64,000 bases of DNA from NCBI GenBank assembly GCA_051362555.1, contig CM120644.1:21164534-21228533 (forward strand). The letters run 5' to 3'. The position numbers were made by a program, and so were the translations under genes. This DNA is from Lingula anatina (Eukaryota; Animalia; Brachiopoda). Positions 12,901 to 27,900 of the stretch are shown in pieces (position 1 is the first letter of the stretch; the number at the start of each line of letters is the position of its first letter). The notes under the pieces were generated by a model. It searched no databases and had not been told where the DNA came from. It worked only from the letters and a program-made list of their open reading frames with translations.

Positions 12901-15900
12901 AAATTAATCATCAGAAGAGTGACAATTAACCGAAACAAATATTTCAATATCGCAATGTATTATTTACTCTGAAAGAAAACAGCAAATGTGATGATTTGAG
13001 GTTGTTTGTGTAGGAAGTTGCAAGTTACCTAAACTGTCATCTGGAATGCAATATATACCCATAAATGACTTCTCCTTACTACCAATGCCAGATGCAGATT
13101 ACTCCTTACAATGGGATTCTGGAAGGGGTGGTTGTTATCACAATATCTGACAATGTCCTAAATCCTGCCAAATATCGTGTACTGTACACATGGATGAGAT
13201 ATAGTGCTGCTCTTGGTGCCGTCTTTCACTGCCTGCTTTTTCATGGTAAGGGTACTCTGGAAAAAGAACAATATAACTGAAAGAACTGAAAATTACATTG
13301 AAAAGACTGGCAAATTCAATGACTTAAAATAGTTAAACGATAATAATTTTGTCAAATCTGGTCTAATATTTCTGAAATTTGTACAAAAGATGCTTAACAA
13401 CAATAAAAATATGTGATAATATGATCAGTTGACTGTATCTAATGAAAAGTGTTTTTTAAGACAATATATTTGGGAAAACTAAAAATTACATTGAAAAGAC
13501 TGGGAAATTGTTGGACTTAAAATAGTTAAACACTAATAATTTTGTCAAAAATGGTCCAATATTTCTGAAATTCATACAAATGATGCTTAACAACAATAAA
13601 AATCTGTGATAAGCTGATCAGTTGACTGTATTTAACGAAAAGTGTTTTTTAGGACAATATATTTTGGACAACTAAAAAATTAAATTGAAAAGACTGGCAA
13701 ATTGCAGGACTTAAAATAGTTAAACGCTAATAATTTTGTCAAATCTGGACCAATATTTGTGAAATTTGTACAGATGATGCTTAACAACAATAAAAATCTG
13801 TGATAAGCTGATCAGTTGACTGAGACTAATGAAAAGTATTGTCTTCGGATGATATATGTGAGAAAACTGAAAGTTACACTGAAAATTAACACTGCAAAAT
13901 TCAATGACTTAAAATAGTTAAATGTTAATAATTTTGTCAAATCTGGTCTAATATTTCTGAAATTTGTACAAAAGATGCTTAACAACAATAAAAATATGTG
14001 ATAATCTGATCAGTTGACTGTATCTAATGAAAAGTGTTTTTTAATACAATATATTTGGGAAAACTAAAAATTACATTGAAAAGACTGGGAAATCGTTGGA
14101 CTTAAAATAGTTAAACACTAATAATTTTGTCAAAAATGGTCCAATATTTCTGAAATTCATACAAATGATGCTTAACAACAATAAAAATCTGTGATAAGCT
14201 GATCAGTTGACTGTATTTAATGAAAAGTGTTTTTGAGGACAATATATTTCGGACAACTAAAAAATTATATTGAAAAGACTGGCAAATTGCAGGACTTAAA
14301 ATAGTTAAACGCTAATTATTTTGTCAAATCTGGACCAATATTTGTGAAATTTGTACAGATGATGCTTAACAACAATAAAAATCTGTGATACGCTGATCAG
14401 TTGACTGTGACTAATGAAAAGTATTGTCTTCGGATGATATATGTGAGAAAACTGAAAGTTACACTGAAAATAATTAACACTGCAAAATTCAATGACTGAA
14501 AATAGTTAAACGATAATAATTTTGTCAAATCTGGTCTAATATTTCTGAAATTTGTACAAAAGATGCTTAACAACAATAAAAATATGTGATAATATGATCA
14601 GTTGACTGTATCTAATGAAAAGTGTTTTTTAATACAATATATTTGGGAAAACTAAAAATTACATTGAAAAGACTGGGAAATCGTTGGACTTAAAATAGTT
14701 AAACACTAATAATTTTGTCAAAAATGGTCCAATATTTCTGAAATTCATACAAATGATGCTTAACAACAATAAAAATCTGTGATAAGCTGATCAGTTGACT
14801 GTATTTAATGAAAAGTGTTTTTTAGGACAATATATTTCGGACAACTAAAAAATTATATTGAAAAGACTGGCAAATTGCAGGACTTAAAATAGTTAAACGC
14901 TAATAATTTTGTCAAATCTGGACCAATATTTGTGAAATTTGTACAGATGATGCTTAACAACAATAAAAATCTGTGATAAGCTGATCAGTTGACTGAGACT
15001 AATGAAAAGTATTGTCTTCGGATGATATATGTGAGAAAACTGAAAGTTACACTGAAAATTAACACTGCAAAATTCAATGACTTAAAATAGTTAAATGTTA
15101 ATAATTTTGTCAAATCTGGTCTAATATTTCTGAAATTTGTACAAAAGATGCTTAACAACAATAAAAATATGTGATAATCTGATCAGTTGACTGAGACTAA
15201 TGAAAAGTGTTTTTTAATACAATATATTTGGGAAAACTAAAAATTACATTGAAAAGACTGGGAAATCGTTGGACTTAAAATAGTTAAACACTAATAATTT
15301 TGTCAAAAATGGTCCAATATTTCTGAAATTCATACAAATGATGCTTAACAACAATAAAAATCTGTGATAAGCTGATCAGTTGACTGTATTTAATGAAAAG
15401 TGTTTTTGAGGACAATATATTTCGGACAACTAAAAAATTATATTGAAAAGACTGGCAAATTGCAGGACTTAAAATAGTTAAACGCTAATTATTTTGTCAA
15501 ATCTGGACCAATATTTGTGAAATTTGTACAGATGATGCTTAACAACAATAAAAATCTGTGATACGCTGATCAGTTGACTGTGACTAATGAAAAGTATTGT
15601 CTTGGGATGATATATGTGAGAAAACTGAAAGTTACACTGAAAATAATTAACACTGCAAAATTCCATGACTGAAAATAGTTAAACATTAATAATTTTAGAA
15701 AATTTTGTCCAATGTTTCTGAAATCTGTACAAATGATTTTTAACAACAATAAAAATCTGGGATAAGCTGAACAGTTGTCTGTGTCTTTTTGTAATGGTAA
15801 AGTTAATGGGAAATTAATCATCAGAAGAGTGACAATTAACCGAAACAAATATTTCAATATCGCAATGTATTATTTACTCTGAAAGAAAACAGCAAATGTG

Positions 15901-18900
15901 ATGATTTGAGGTTGTTTGTGTAGGAAGTTGCAAGTTACCTAAACTGTCATCTGGAATGCAATATATACCCATAAATGACTTCTCCTTACTACCAATGCCA
16001 GATGCAGATTACTCCTTACAATGGGATTCTGGAAGGGGTGGTTGTTATCACAATATCTGACAATGTCCTAAATCCTGCCAAATATCGTGTACTGTACACA
16101 TGGATAAGATATAGTGCTGCTCTTGGTGCCGTCTTTCACTGCCTGCTTTTTCATGGTAAGGGTACTCTGGAAAAAGAACAATATAACTGAAAGAACTGAA
16201 AATTACATTGAAAAGACTGGCAAATTCAATGACTTAAAATAGTTAAACGATAATAATTTTGTCAAATCTGGTCTAATATTTCTGAAATTTGTACAAAAGA
16301 TGCTTAACAACAATAAAAATATGTGATAATATGATCAGTTGACTGTAACTAATGAAAAGTGTTTTTTAAGACAATATATTTGGGAAAACTAAAAATTACT
16401 TTGAAAAGACTGGGAAATCGTTGGACTTAAAATAGTTAAACACTAATAATTTTGTCAAAAATGGTCCAATATTTCTGAAATTTATACAAATGAAGCTTAA
16501 CAGCAATAAAAATCTGTGATAAGCTGATCAGTTGACTGTATTTAATGAAAAGTGTTTTTTAGGACAATATATTTCGGACAACTAAAAAATTATATTGAAA
16601 AGACTGGGAAATTGCAGGACTTAAAATAGTTAAACGCTAATAATTTTGTCAAATCTGGACCAATATTTGTGAAATTTGTACAGATGATGCTTAACAACAA
16701 TAAAAATCTGTGATAAGCTGATCAGTTGACTGAGACTAATGAAAAGTATTGTCTTCGGATGATATATGTGAGAAAACTGAAAGTTACACTGAAAATTAAC
16801 ACTGCAAAATTCAATGACTTAAAATAGTTAAATGTTAATAATTTTGTCAAATCTGGTCTAATATTTCTGAAATTTGTACAAAAGATGCTTAACAACAATA
16901 AAAATATGTGATAATATGATCAGTTGACTGTATCTAATGAAAAGTGTTTTTTAAGACAATATATTTGGGAAAACTAAAAATTACATTGAAAAGACTGGGA
17001 AATCGTTGGACTTAAAATAGTTAAACACTAATAATTTTGTCAAAAATGGTCCAATATTTCTGAAATTCATACAAATGATGCTTAACAACAATAAAAATCT
17101 GTGATAAGCTGATCAGTTGACTGTATTTAATGAAAAGTGTTTTTGAGGACAATATATTTCGGACAACTAAAAAATTATATTGAAAAGACTGGCAAATTGC
17201 AGGACTTAAAATAGTTAAACGCTAATTATTTTGTCAAATCTGGACCAATATTTGTGAAATTTGTACAGATGATGCTTAACAACAATAAAAATCTGTGATA
17301 CGCTGATCAGTTGACTGTGACTAATGAAAAGTATTGTCTTGGGATGATATATGTGAGAAAACTGAAAGTTACACTGAAAATAATTAACACTGCAAAATTC
17401 CATGACTGAAAATAGTTAAACATTAATAATTTTAGAAAATTTTGTCCAATGTTTCTGAAATCTGTACAAATGATTTTTAACAACAATAAAAATCTGGGAT
17501 AAGCTGAACAGTTGTCTGTGTCTTTTTGTAATGGTAAAGTTAATGGGAAATTAATCATCAGAAGAGTGACAATTAACCGAAACAAATATTTCAATATCGC
17601 AATGTATTATTTACTCTGAAAGAAAACAGCAAATGTGATGATTTGAGGTTGTTTGTGTAGGAAGTTGCAAGTTACCTAAACTGTCATCTGGAATGCAATA
17701 TATACCCATAAATGACTTCTCCTTACTACCAATGCCAGATGCAGATTACTCCTTACAATGGGATTCTGGAAGGGGTGGTTGTTATCACAATATCTGACAA
17801 TGTCCTAAATCCTGCCAAATATCGTGTACTGTACACATGGATAAGAAATAGTGCTGCTCTTGGTGCCGTCTTTCACTGCCTGCTTTTTCATGGTAAGGGT
17901 ACTCTGGAAAAAGAACAATATAACTGAAAGAACTGAAAATTACATTGAAAAGACTGGCAAATTCAATGACTTAAAATAGTTAAACGATAATAATTTTGTC
18001 AAATCTGGTCTAATATTTCTGAAATTTGTACAAAAGATGCTTAACAACAATAAAAATATGTGATAATATGATCAGTTGACTGTAACTAATGAAAAGTGTT
18101 TTTTAAGACAATATATTTGGGAAAACTAAAAATTACTTTGAAAAGACTGGGAAATCGTTGGACTTAAAATAGTTAAACACTAATAATTTTGTCAAAAATG
18201 GTCCAATATTTCTGAAATTCATACAAATGATGCTTAACATAAATAAAAATCTGTGATAAGCTGATCAGTTGACTGTATTTAATGAAAAGTGTTTTTGAGG
18301 ACAATATATTTCGGACAACTAAAAAATTATATTGAAAAGACTGGCAAATTGCAGGACTTAAAATAGTTAAACGCTAATTATTTTGTCAAATCTGGACCAA
18401 TATTTGTGAAATTTGTACAGATGATGCTTAACAACAATAAAAATCTGTGATACGCTGATCAGTTGACTGTGACTAATGAAAAGTATTGTCTTCGGATGAT
18501 ATATGTGAGAAAACTGAAAGTTACACTGAAAATAATTAACACTGCAAAATTCCATGACTGAAAATAGTTAAACATTAATAATTTTAGAAAATTTTGTCCA
18601 ATGTTTCTGAAATCTGTACAAATGATTTTTAACAACAATAAAAATCTGGGATAAGCTGAACAGTTGTCTGTGTCTTTTTGTAATGGTAAAGTTAATGGGA
18701 AATTAATCATCAGAAGAGTGACAATTAACCGAAACAAATATTTCAATATCGCAATGTATTATTTACTCTGAAAGAAAACAGCAAATGTGATGATTTGAGG
18801 TTGTTTGTGTAGGAAGTTGCAAGTTACCTAAACTGTCATCTGGAATGCAATATATACCCATAAATGACTTCTCCTTACTACCAATGCCAGATGCAGATTA

Positions 18901-21900
18901 CTCCTTACAATGGGATTCTGGAAGGGGTGGTTGTTATCACAATATCTGACAATGTCCTAAATCCTGCCAAATATCGTGCACTGTACACATGGATAAGAAA
19001 TAGTGCTGCTCTTGGTGCCGTCTTTCACTGCCTGCTTTTTCATGGTAAGGGTACTCTGGAAAAAGAACAATATAACTGAAAGAACTGAAAATTACATTGA
19101 AAAGACTGGCAAATTCAATGACTTAAAATAGTTAAACGATAATAATTTTGTCAAATCTGGTCTAATATTTCTGAAATTTGTACAAAAGATGCTTAACAAC
19201 AATAAAAATATGTGATAATATGATCAGTTGACTGTAACTAATGAAAAGTGTTTTTTAAGACAATATATTTGGGAAAACTAAAAATTACTTTGAAAAGACT
19301 GGGAAATCGTTGGACTTAAAATAGTTAAACACTAATAATTTTGTCAAAAATGGTCCAATATTTCTGAAATTTATACAAATGAAGCTTAACAGCAATAAAA
19401 ATCTGTGATAAGCTGATCAGTTGACTGTATTTAATGAAAAGTGTTTTTTAGGACAATATATTTCGGACAACTAAAAAATTATATTGAAAAGACTGGCAAA
19501 TTGCAGGACTTAAAATAGTTAAACGCTAATAATTTTGTCAAATCTGGACCAATATTTGTGAAATTTGTACAGATGATGCTTAACAACAATAAAAATCTGT
19601 GATAAGCTGATCAGTTGACTGAGACTAATGAAAAGTATTGTCTTCGGATGATATATGTGAGAAAACTGAAAGTTACACTGAAAATTAACACTGCAAAATT
19701 CAATGACTTAAAATAGTTAAATGTTAATAATTTTGTCAAATCTGGTCTAATATTTCTGAAATTTGTACAAAAGATGCTTAACAACAATAAAAATATGTGA
19801 TAATCTGATCAGTTGACTGTATCTAATGAAAAGTGTTTTTTAATACAATATATTTGGGAAAACTAAAAATTACATTGAAAAGACTGGGAAATCGTTGGAC
19901 TTAAAATAGTTAAACACTAATAATTTTGTCAAAAATGGTCCAATATTTCTGAAATTCATACAAATGATGCTTAACAACAATAAAAATCTGTGATAAGCTG
20001 ATCAGTTGACTGTATTTAATGAAAAGTGTTTTTGAGGACAATATATTTCGGACAACTAAAAAATTATATTGAAAAGACTGGCAAATTGCAGGACTTAAAA
20101 TAGTTAAACGCTAATTATTTTGTCAAATCTGGACCAATATTTGTGAAATTTGTACAGATGATGCTTAACAACAATAAAAATCTGTGATACGCTGATCAGT
20201 TGACTGTGACTAATGAAAAGTATTGTCTTCGGATGATATATGTGAGAAAACTGAAAGTTACACTGAAAATAATTAACACTGCAAAATTCCATGACTGAAA
20301 ATAGTTAAACATTAATAATTTTAGAAAATTTTGTCCAATGTTTCTGAAATCTGTACAAATGATTTTTAACAACATTAAAAATCTGGGATAAGCTGAACAG
20401 TTGTCTGTGTCTTTTTGTAATGGTAAAGTTAATGGGAAATTAATCATCAGAAGAGTGACAATTAACCGAAACAAATATTTCAATATCGCAATGTATTATT
20501 TACTCTGAAAGAAAACAGCAAATGTGATGATTTGAGGTTGTTTGTGTAGGAAGTTGCAAGTTACCTAAACTGTCATCTGGAATGCAATATATACCCATAA
20601 ATGACTTCTCCTTACTACCAATGCCAGATGCAGATTACTCCTTACAATGGGATTCTGGAAGGGGTGGTTGTTATCACAATATCTGACAATGTCCTAAATC
20701 CTGCCAAATATCGTGTACTGTACACATGGATGAGAAATAGTGCTGCTCTTGGTGCCGTCTTTCACTGCCTGCTTTTTCATGGTAAGGGTACTCTGGAAAA
20801 AGAACAATATAACTGAAAGAACTGAAAATTACATTGAAAAGACTGGCAAATTCAATGACTTAGAATAGTTAAACGATAATAATTTTGTCAAATCTGGTCT
20901 AATATTTCTGAAATTTGTACAAAAGATGCTTAACAACAATAAAAATATGTGATAATATGATCAGTTGACTGTAACTAATGAAAAGTGTTTTTTAAGACAA
21001 TATATTTGGGAAAACTAAAAATTACTTTGAAAAGACTGGGAAATCGTTGGACTTAAAATAGTTAAACACTAATAATTTTGTCAAAAATGGTCCAATATTT
21101 CTGAAATTTATACAAATGAAGCTTAACAGCAATAAAAATCTGTGATAAGCTGATCAGTTGACTGTATTTAATGAAAAGTGTTTTTTAGGACAATATATTT
21201 CGGACAACTAAAAAATTATATTGAAAAGACTGGCAAATTGCAGGACTTAAAATAGTTAAACGCTAATAATTTTGTCAAATCTGGACCAATATTTGTGAAA
21301 TTTGTACAGATGATGCTTAACAACAATAAAAATCTGTGATAAGCTGATCAGTTGACTGAGACTAATGAAAAGTATTGTCTTCGGATGATATATGTGAGAA
21401 AACTGAAAGTTACACTGAAAATTAACACTGCAAAATTCAATGACTTAAAATAGTTAAATGTTAATAATTTTGTCAAATCTGGTCTAATATTTCTGAAATT
21501 TGTACAAAAGATGCTTAACAACAATAAAAATATGTGATAATCTGATCAGTTGACTGTATCTAATGAAAAGTGTTTTTTAATACAATATATTTGGGAAAAC
21601 TAAAAATTACATTGAAAAGACTGGGAAATCGTTGGACTTAAAATAGTTAAACACTAATAATTTTGTCAAAAATGGTCCAATATTTCTGAAATTCATACAA
21701 ATGATGCTTAACAACAATAAAAATCTGTGATAAGCTGATCAGTTGACTGTATTTAATGAAAAGTGTTTTTTAGGACAATATATTTTGGACAACTAAAAAA
21801 TCATATTGAAAAGACTGGCAAATTGCAGGACTTAAAATAGTTAAACGCTAATAATTTTGTCAAATCTGGACCAATATTTGTGAAATTTGTACAGATGATG

Positions 21901-24900
21901 CTTAACAACAATAAAAATCTGTGATAAGCTGATCAGTTGACTGAGACTAATGAAAAGTATTGTCTTCGGATGATATATGTGAGAAAACTGAAAGTTACAC
22001 TGAAAATTAACACTGCAAAATTCAATGACTTAAAATAGTTAAATGTTAATAATTTTGTCAAATCTGGTCTAATATTTCTGAAATTTGTACAAAAGATGCT
22101 TAACAACAATAAAAATATGTGATAATCTGATCAGTTGACTGTATCTAATGAAAAGTGTTTTTTAATACAATATATTTGGGAAAACTAAAAATTACATTGA
22201 AAAGACTGGGAAATCGTTGGACTTAAAATAGTTAAACACTAATAATTTTGTCAAAAATGGTCCAATATTTCTGAAATTCATACAAATGATGCTTAACAAC
22301 AATAAAAATCTGTGATAAGCTGATCAGTTGACTGTATTTAATGAAAAGTGTTTTTGAGGACAATATATTTCGGACAACTAAAAAATTATATTGAAAAGAC
22401 TGGCAAATTGCAGGACTTAAAATAGTTAAACGCTAATTATTTTGTCAAATCTGGACCAATATTTGTGAAATTTGTACAGATGATGCTTAACAACAATAAA
22501 AATCTGTGATACGCTGATCAGTTGACTGTGACTAATGAAAAGTATTGTCTTGGGATGATATATGTGAGAAAACTGAAAGTTACACTGAAAATAATTAACA
22601 CTGCAAAATTCCATGACTGAAAATAGTTAAACATTAATAATTTTAGAAAATTTTGTCCAATGTTTCTGAAATCTGTACAAATGATTTTTAACAACAATAA
22701 AAATCTGGGATAAGCTGAACAGTTGTCTGTGTCTTTTTGTAATGGTAAAGTTAATGGGAAATTAATCATCAGAAGAGTGACAATTAACCGAAACAAATAT
22801 TTCAATATCGCAATGTATTATTTACTCTGAAAGAAAACAGCAAATGTGATGATTTGAGGTTGTTTGTGTAGGAAGTTGCAAGTTACCTAAACTGTCATCT
22901 GGAATGCAATATATACCCATAAATGACTTCTCCTTACTACCAATGCCAGATGCAGATTACTCCTTACAATGGGATTCTGGAAGGGGTGGTTGTTATCACA
23001 ATATCTGACAATGTCCTAAATCCTGCCAAATATCGTGTACTGTACACATGGATAAGATATAGTGCTGCTCTTGGTGCCGTCTTTCACTGCCTGCTTTTTC
23101 ATGGTAAGGGTACTCTGGAAAAAGAACAATATAACTGAAAGAACTGAAAATTACATTGAAAAGACTGGCAAATTCAATGACTTAAAATAGTTAAACGATA
23201 ATAATTTTGTCAAATCTGGTCTAATATTTCTGAAATTTGTACAAAAGATGCTTAACAACAATAAAAATATGTGATAATATGATCAGTTGACTGTAACTAA
23301 TGAAAAGTGTTTTTTAAGACAATATATTTGGGAAAACTAAAAATTACTTTGAAAAGACTGGGAAATCGTTGGACTTAAAATAGTTAAACACTAATAATTT
23401 TGTCAAAAATGGTCCAATATTTCTGAAATTCATACAAATGATGCTTAACATAAATAAAAATCTGTGATAAGCTGATCAGTTGACTGTATTTAATGAAAAG
23501 TGTTTTTGAGGACAATATATTTCGGACAACTAAAAAATTATATTGAAAAGACTGGCAAATTGCAGGACTTAAAATAGTTAAACGCTAATTATTTTGTCAA
23601 ATCTGGACCAATATTTGTGAAATTTGTACAGATGATGCTTAACAACAATAAAAATCTGTGATACGCTGATCAGTTGACTGTGACTAATGAAAAGTATTGT
23701 CTTCGGATGATATATGTGAGAAAACTGAAAGTTACACTGAAAATAATTAACACTGCAAAATTCCATGACTGAAAATAGTTAAACATTAATAATTTTAGAA
23801 AATTTTGTCCAATGTTTCTGAAATCTGTACAAATGATTTTTAACAACAATAAAAATCTGGGATAAGCTGAACAGTTGTCTGTGTCTTTTTGTAATGGTAA
23901 AGTTAATGGGAAATTAATCATCAGAAGAGTGACAATTAACCGAAACAAATATTTCAATATCGCAATGTATTATTTACTCTGAAAGAAAACAGCAAATGTG
24001 ATGATTTGAGGTTGTTTGTGTAGGAAGTTGCAAGTTACCTAAACTGTCATCTGGAATGCAATATATACCCATAAATGACTTCTCCTTACTACCAATGCCA
24101 GATGCAGATTACTCCTTACAATGGGATTCTGGAAGGGGTGGTTGTTATCACAATATCTGACAATGTCCTAAATCCTGCCAAATATCGTGTACTGTACACA
24201 TGGATAAGAAATAGTGCTGCTCTTGGTGCCGTCTTTCACTGCCTGCTTTTTCATGGTAAGGGTACTCTGGAAAAAGAACAATATAACTGAAAGAACTGAA
24301 AATTACATTGAAAAGACTGGCAAATTCAATGACTTAAAATAGTTAAACGATAATAATTTTGTCAAATCTGGTCTAATATTTCTGAAATTTGTACAAAAGA
24401 TGCTTAACAACAATAAAAATATGTGATAATATGATCAGTTGACTGTAACTAATGAAAAGTGTTTTTTAAGACAATATATTTGGGAAAACTAAAAATTACT
24501 TTGAAAAGACTGGGAAATCGTTGGACTTAAAATAGTTAAACACTAATAATTTTGTCAAAAATGGTCCAATATTTCTGAAATTTATACAAATGAAGCTTAA
24601 CAGTAATAAAAATCTGTGATAAGCTGATCAGTTGACTGTATTTAATGAAAAGTGTTTTTTAGGACAATATATTTCGGACAACTAAAAAATTATATTGAAA
24701 AGACTGGCAAATTGCAGGACTTAAAATAGTTAAACGCTAATAATTTTGTCAAATCTGGACCAATATTTGTGAAATTTGTACAGATGATGCTTAACAACAA
24801 TAAAAATCTGTGATAAGCTGATCAGTTGACTGAGACTAATGAAAAGTATTGTCTTCGGATGATATATGTGAGAAAACTGAAAGTTACACTGAAAATTAAC

Positions 24901-27900
24901 ACTGCAAAATTCAATGACTTAAAATAGTTAAATGTTAATAATTTTGTCAAATCTGGTCTAATATTTCTGAAATTTGTACAAAAGATGCTTAACAACAATA
25001 AAAATATGTGATAATCTGATCAGTTGACTGTATCTAATGAAAAGTGTTTTTTAATACAATATATTTGGGAAAACTAAAAATTACATTGAAAAGACTGGGA
25101 AATCGTTGGACTTAAAATAGTTAAACACTAATAATTTTGTCAAAAATGGTCCAATATTTCTGAAATTCATACAAATGATGCTTAACAACAATAAAAATCT
25201 GTGATAAGCTGATCAGTTGACTGTATTTAATGAAAAGTGTTTTTGAGGACAATATATTTCGGACAACTAAAAAATTATATTGAAAAGACTGGCAAATTGC
25301 AGGACTTAAAATAGTTAAACGCTAATTATTTTGTCAAATCTGGACCAATATTTGTGAAATTTGTACAGATGATGCTTAACAACAATAAAAATCTGTGATA
25401 CGCTGATCAGTTGACTGTGACTAATGAAAAGTATTGTCTTCGGATGATATATGTGAGAAAACTGAAAGTTACACTGAAAATAATTAACACTGCAAAATTC
25501 CATGACTGAAAATAGTTAAACATTAATAATTTTAGAAAATTTTGTCCAATGTTTCTGAAATCTGTACAAATGATTTTTAACAACAATAAAAATCTGGGAT
25601 AAGCTGAACAGTTGTCTGTGTCTTTTTGTAATGGTAAAGTTAATGGGAAATTAATCATCAGAAGAGTGACAATTAACCGAAACAAATATTTCAATATCGC
25701 AATGTATTATTTACTCTGAAAGAAAACAGCAAATGTGATGATTTGAGGTTGTTTGTGTAGGAAGTTGCAAGTTACCTAAACTGTCATCTGGAATGCAATA
25801 TATACCCATAAATGACTTCTCCTTACTACCAATGCCAGATGCAGATTACTCCTTACAATGGGATTCTGGAAGGGGTGGTTGTTATCACAATATCTGACAA
25901 TGTCCTAAATCCTGCCAAATATCGTGTACTGTACACATGGATGAGAAATAGTGCTGCTCTTGGTGCCGTCTTTCACTGCCTGCTTTTTCATGGTAAGGGT
26001 ACTCTGGAAAAAGAACAATATAACTGAAAGAACTGAAAATTACATTGAAAAGACTGGCAAATTCAATGACTTAAAATAGTTAAACGATAATAATTTTGTC
26101 AAATCTGGTCTAATATTTCTGAAATTTGTACAAAAGATGCTTAACAACAATAAAAATATGTGATAATATGATCAGTTGACTGTAACTAATGAAAAGTGTT
26201 TTTTAAGACAATATATTTGGGAAAACTAAAAATTACTTTGAAAAGACTGGGAAATCGTTGGACTTAAAATAGTTAAACACTAATAATTTTGTCAAAAATG
26301 GTCCAATATTTCTGAAATTTATACAAATGAAGCTTAACAGCAATAAAAATCTGTGATAAGCTGATCAGTTGACTGTATTTAATGAAAAGTGTTTTTTAGG
26401 ACAATATATTTCAGACAACTAAAAAATTATATTGAAAAGACTGGCAAATTGCAGGACTTAAAATAGTTAAACGCTAATAATTTTGTCAAATCTGGACCAA
26501 TATTTGTGAAATTTGTACAGATGATGCTTAACAACAATAAAAATCTGTGATAAGCTGATCAGTTGACTGAGACTAATGAAAAGTATTGTCTTCGGATGAT
26601 ATATGTGAGAAAACTGAAAGTTACACTGAAAATTAACACTGCAAAATTCAATGACTTAAAATAGTTAAATGTTAATAATTTTGTCAAATCTGGTCTAATA
26701 TTTCTGAAATTTGTACAAAAGATGCTTAACAACAATAAAAATATGTGATAATCTGATCAGTTGAATGTATCTAATGAAAAGTGTTTTTTAATACAATATA
26801 TTTGGGAAAACTAAAAATTACATTGAAAAGACTGGGAAATCGTTGGACTTAAAATAGTTAAACACTAATAATTTTGTCAAAAATGGTCCAATATTTCTGA
26901 AATTCATACAAATGATGCTTAACAACAATAAAAATCTGTGATAAGCTGATCAGTTGACTGTATTTAATGAAAAGTGTTTTTTAGGACAATATATTTTGGA
27001 CAACTAAAAAATCATATTGAAAAGACTGGCAAATTGCAGGACTTAAAATAGTTAAACGCTAATAATTTTGTCAAATCTGGACCAATATTTGTGAAATTTG
27101 TACAGATGATGCTTAACAACAATAAAAATCTGTGATAAGCTGATCAGTTGACTGAGACTAATGAAAAGTATTGTCTTCGGATGATATATGTGAGAAAACT
27201 GAAAGTTACACTGAAAATTAACACTGCAAAATTCAATGACTTAAAATAGTTAAATGTTAATAATTTTGTCAAATCTGGTCTAATATTTCTGAAATTTGTA
27301 CAAAAGATGCTTAACAACAATAAAAATATGTGATAATCTGATCAGTTGACTGTATCTAATGAAAAGTGTTTTTTAATACAATATATTTGGGAAAACTAAA
27401 AATTACATTGAAAAGACTGGGAAATCGTTGGACTTAAAATAGTTAAACACTAATAATTTTGTCAAAAATGGTCCAATATTTCTGAAATTCATACAAATGA
27501 TGCTTAACAACAATAAAAATCTGTGATAAGCTGATCAGTTGACTGTATTTAATGAAAAGTGTTTTTGAGGACAATATATTTCGGACAACTAAAAAATTAT
27601 ATTGAAAAGACTGGCAAATTGCAGGACTTAAAATAGTTAAACGCTAATTATTTTGTCAAATCTGGACCAATATTTGTGAAATTTGTACAGATGATGCTTA
27701 ACAACAATAAAAATCTGTGATACGCTGATCAGTTGACTGTGACTAATGAAAAGTATTGTCTTCGGATGATATATGTGAGAAAACTGAAAGTTACACTGAA
27801 AATAATTAACACTGCAAAATTCCATGACTGAAAATAGTTAAACATTAATAATTTTAGAAAATTTTGTCCAATGTTTCTGAAATCTGTACAAATGATTTTT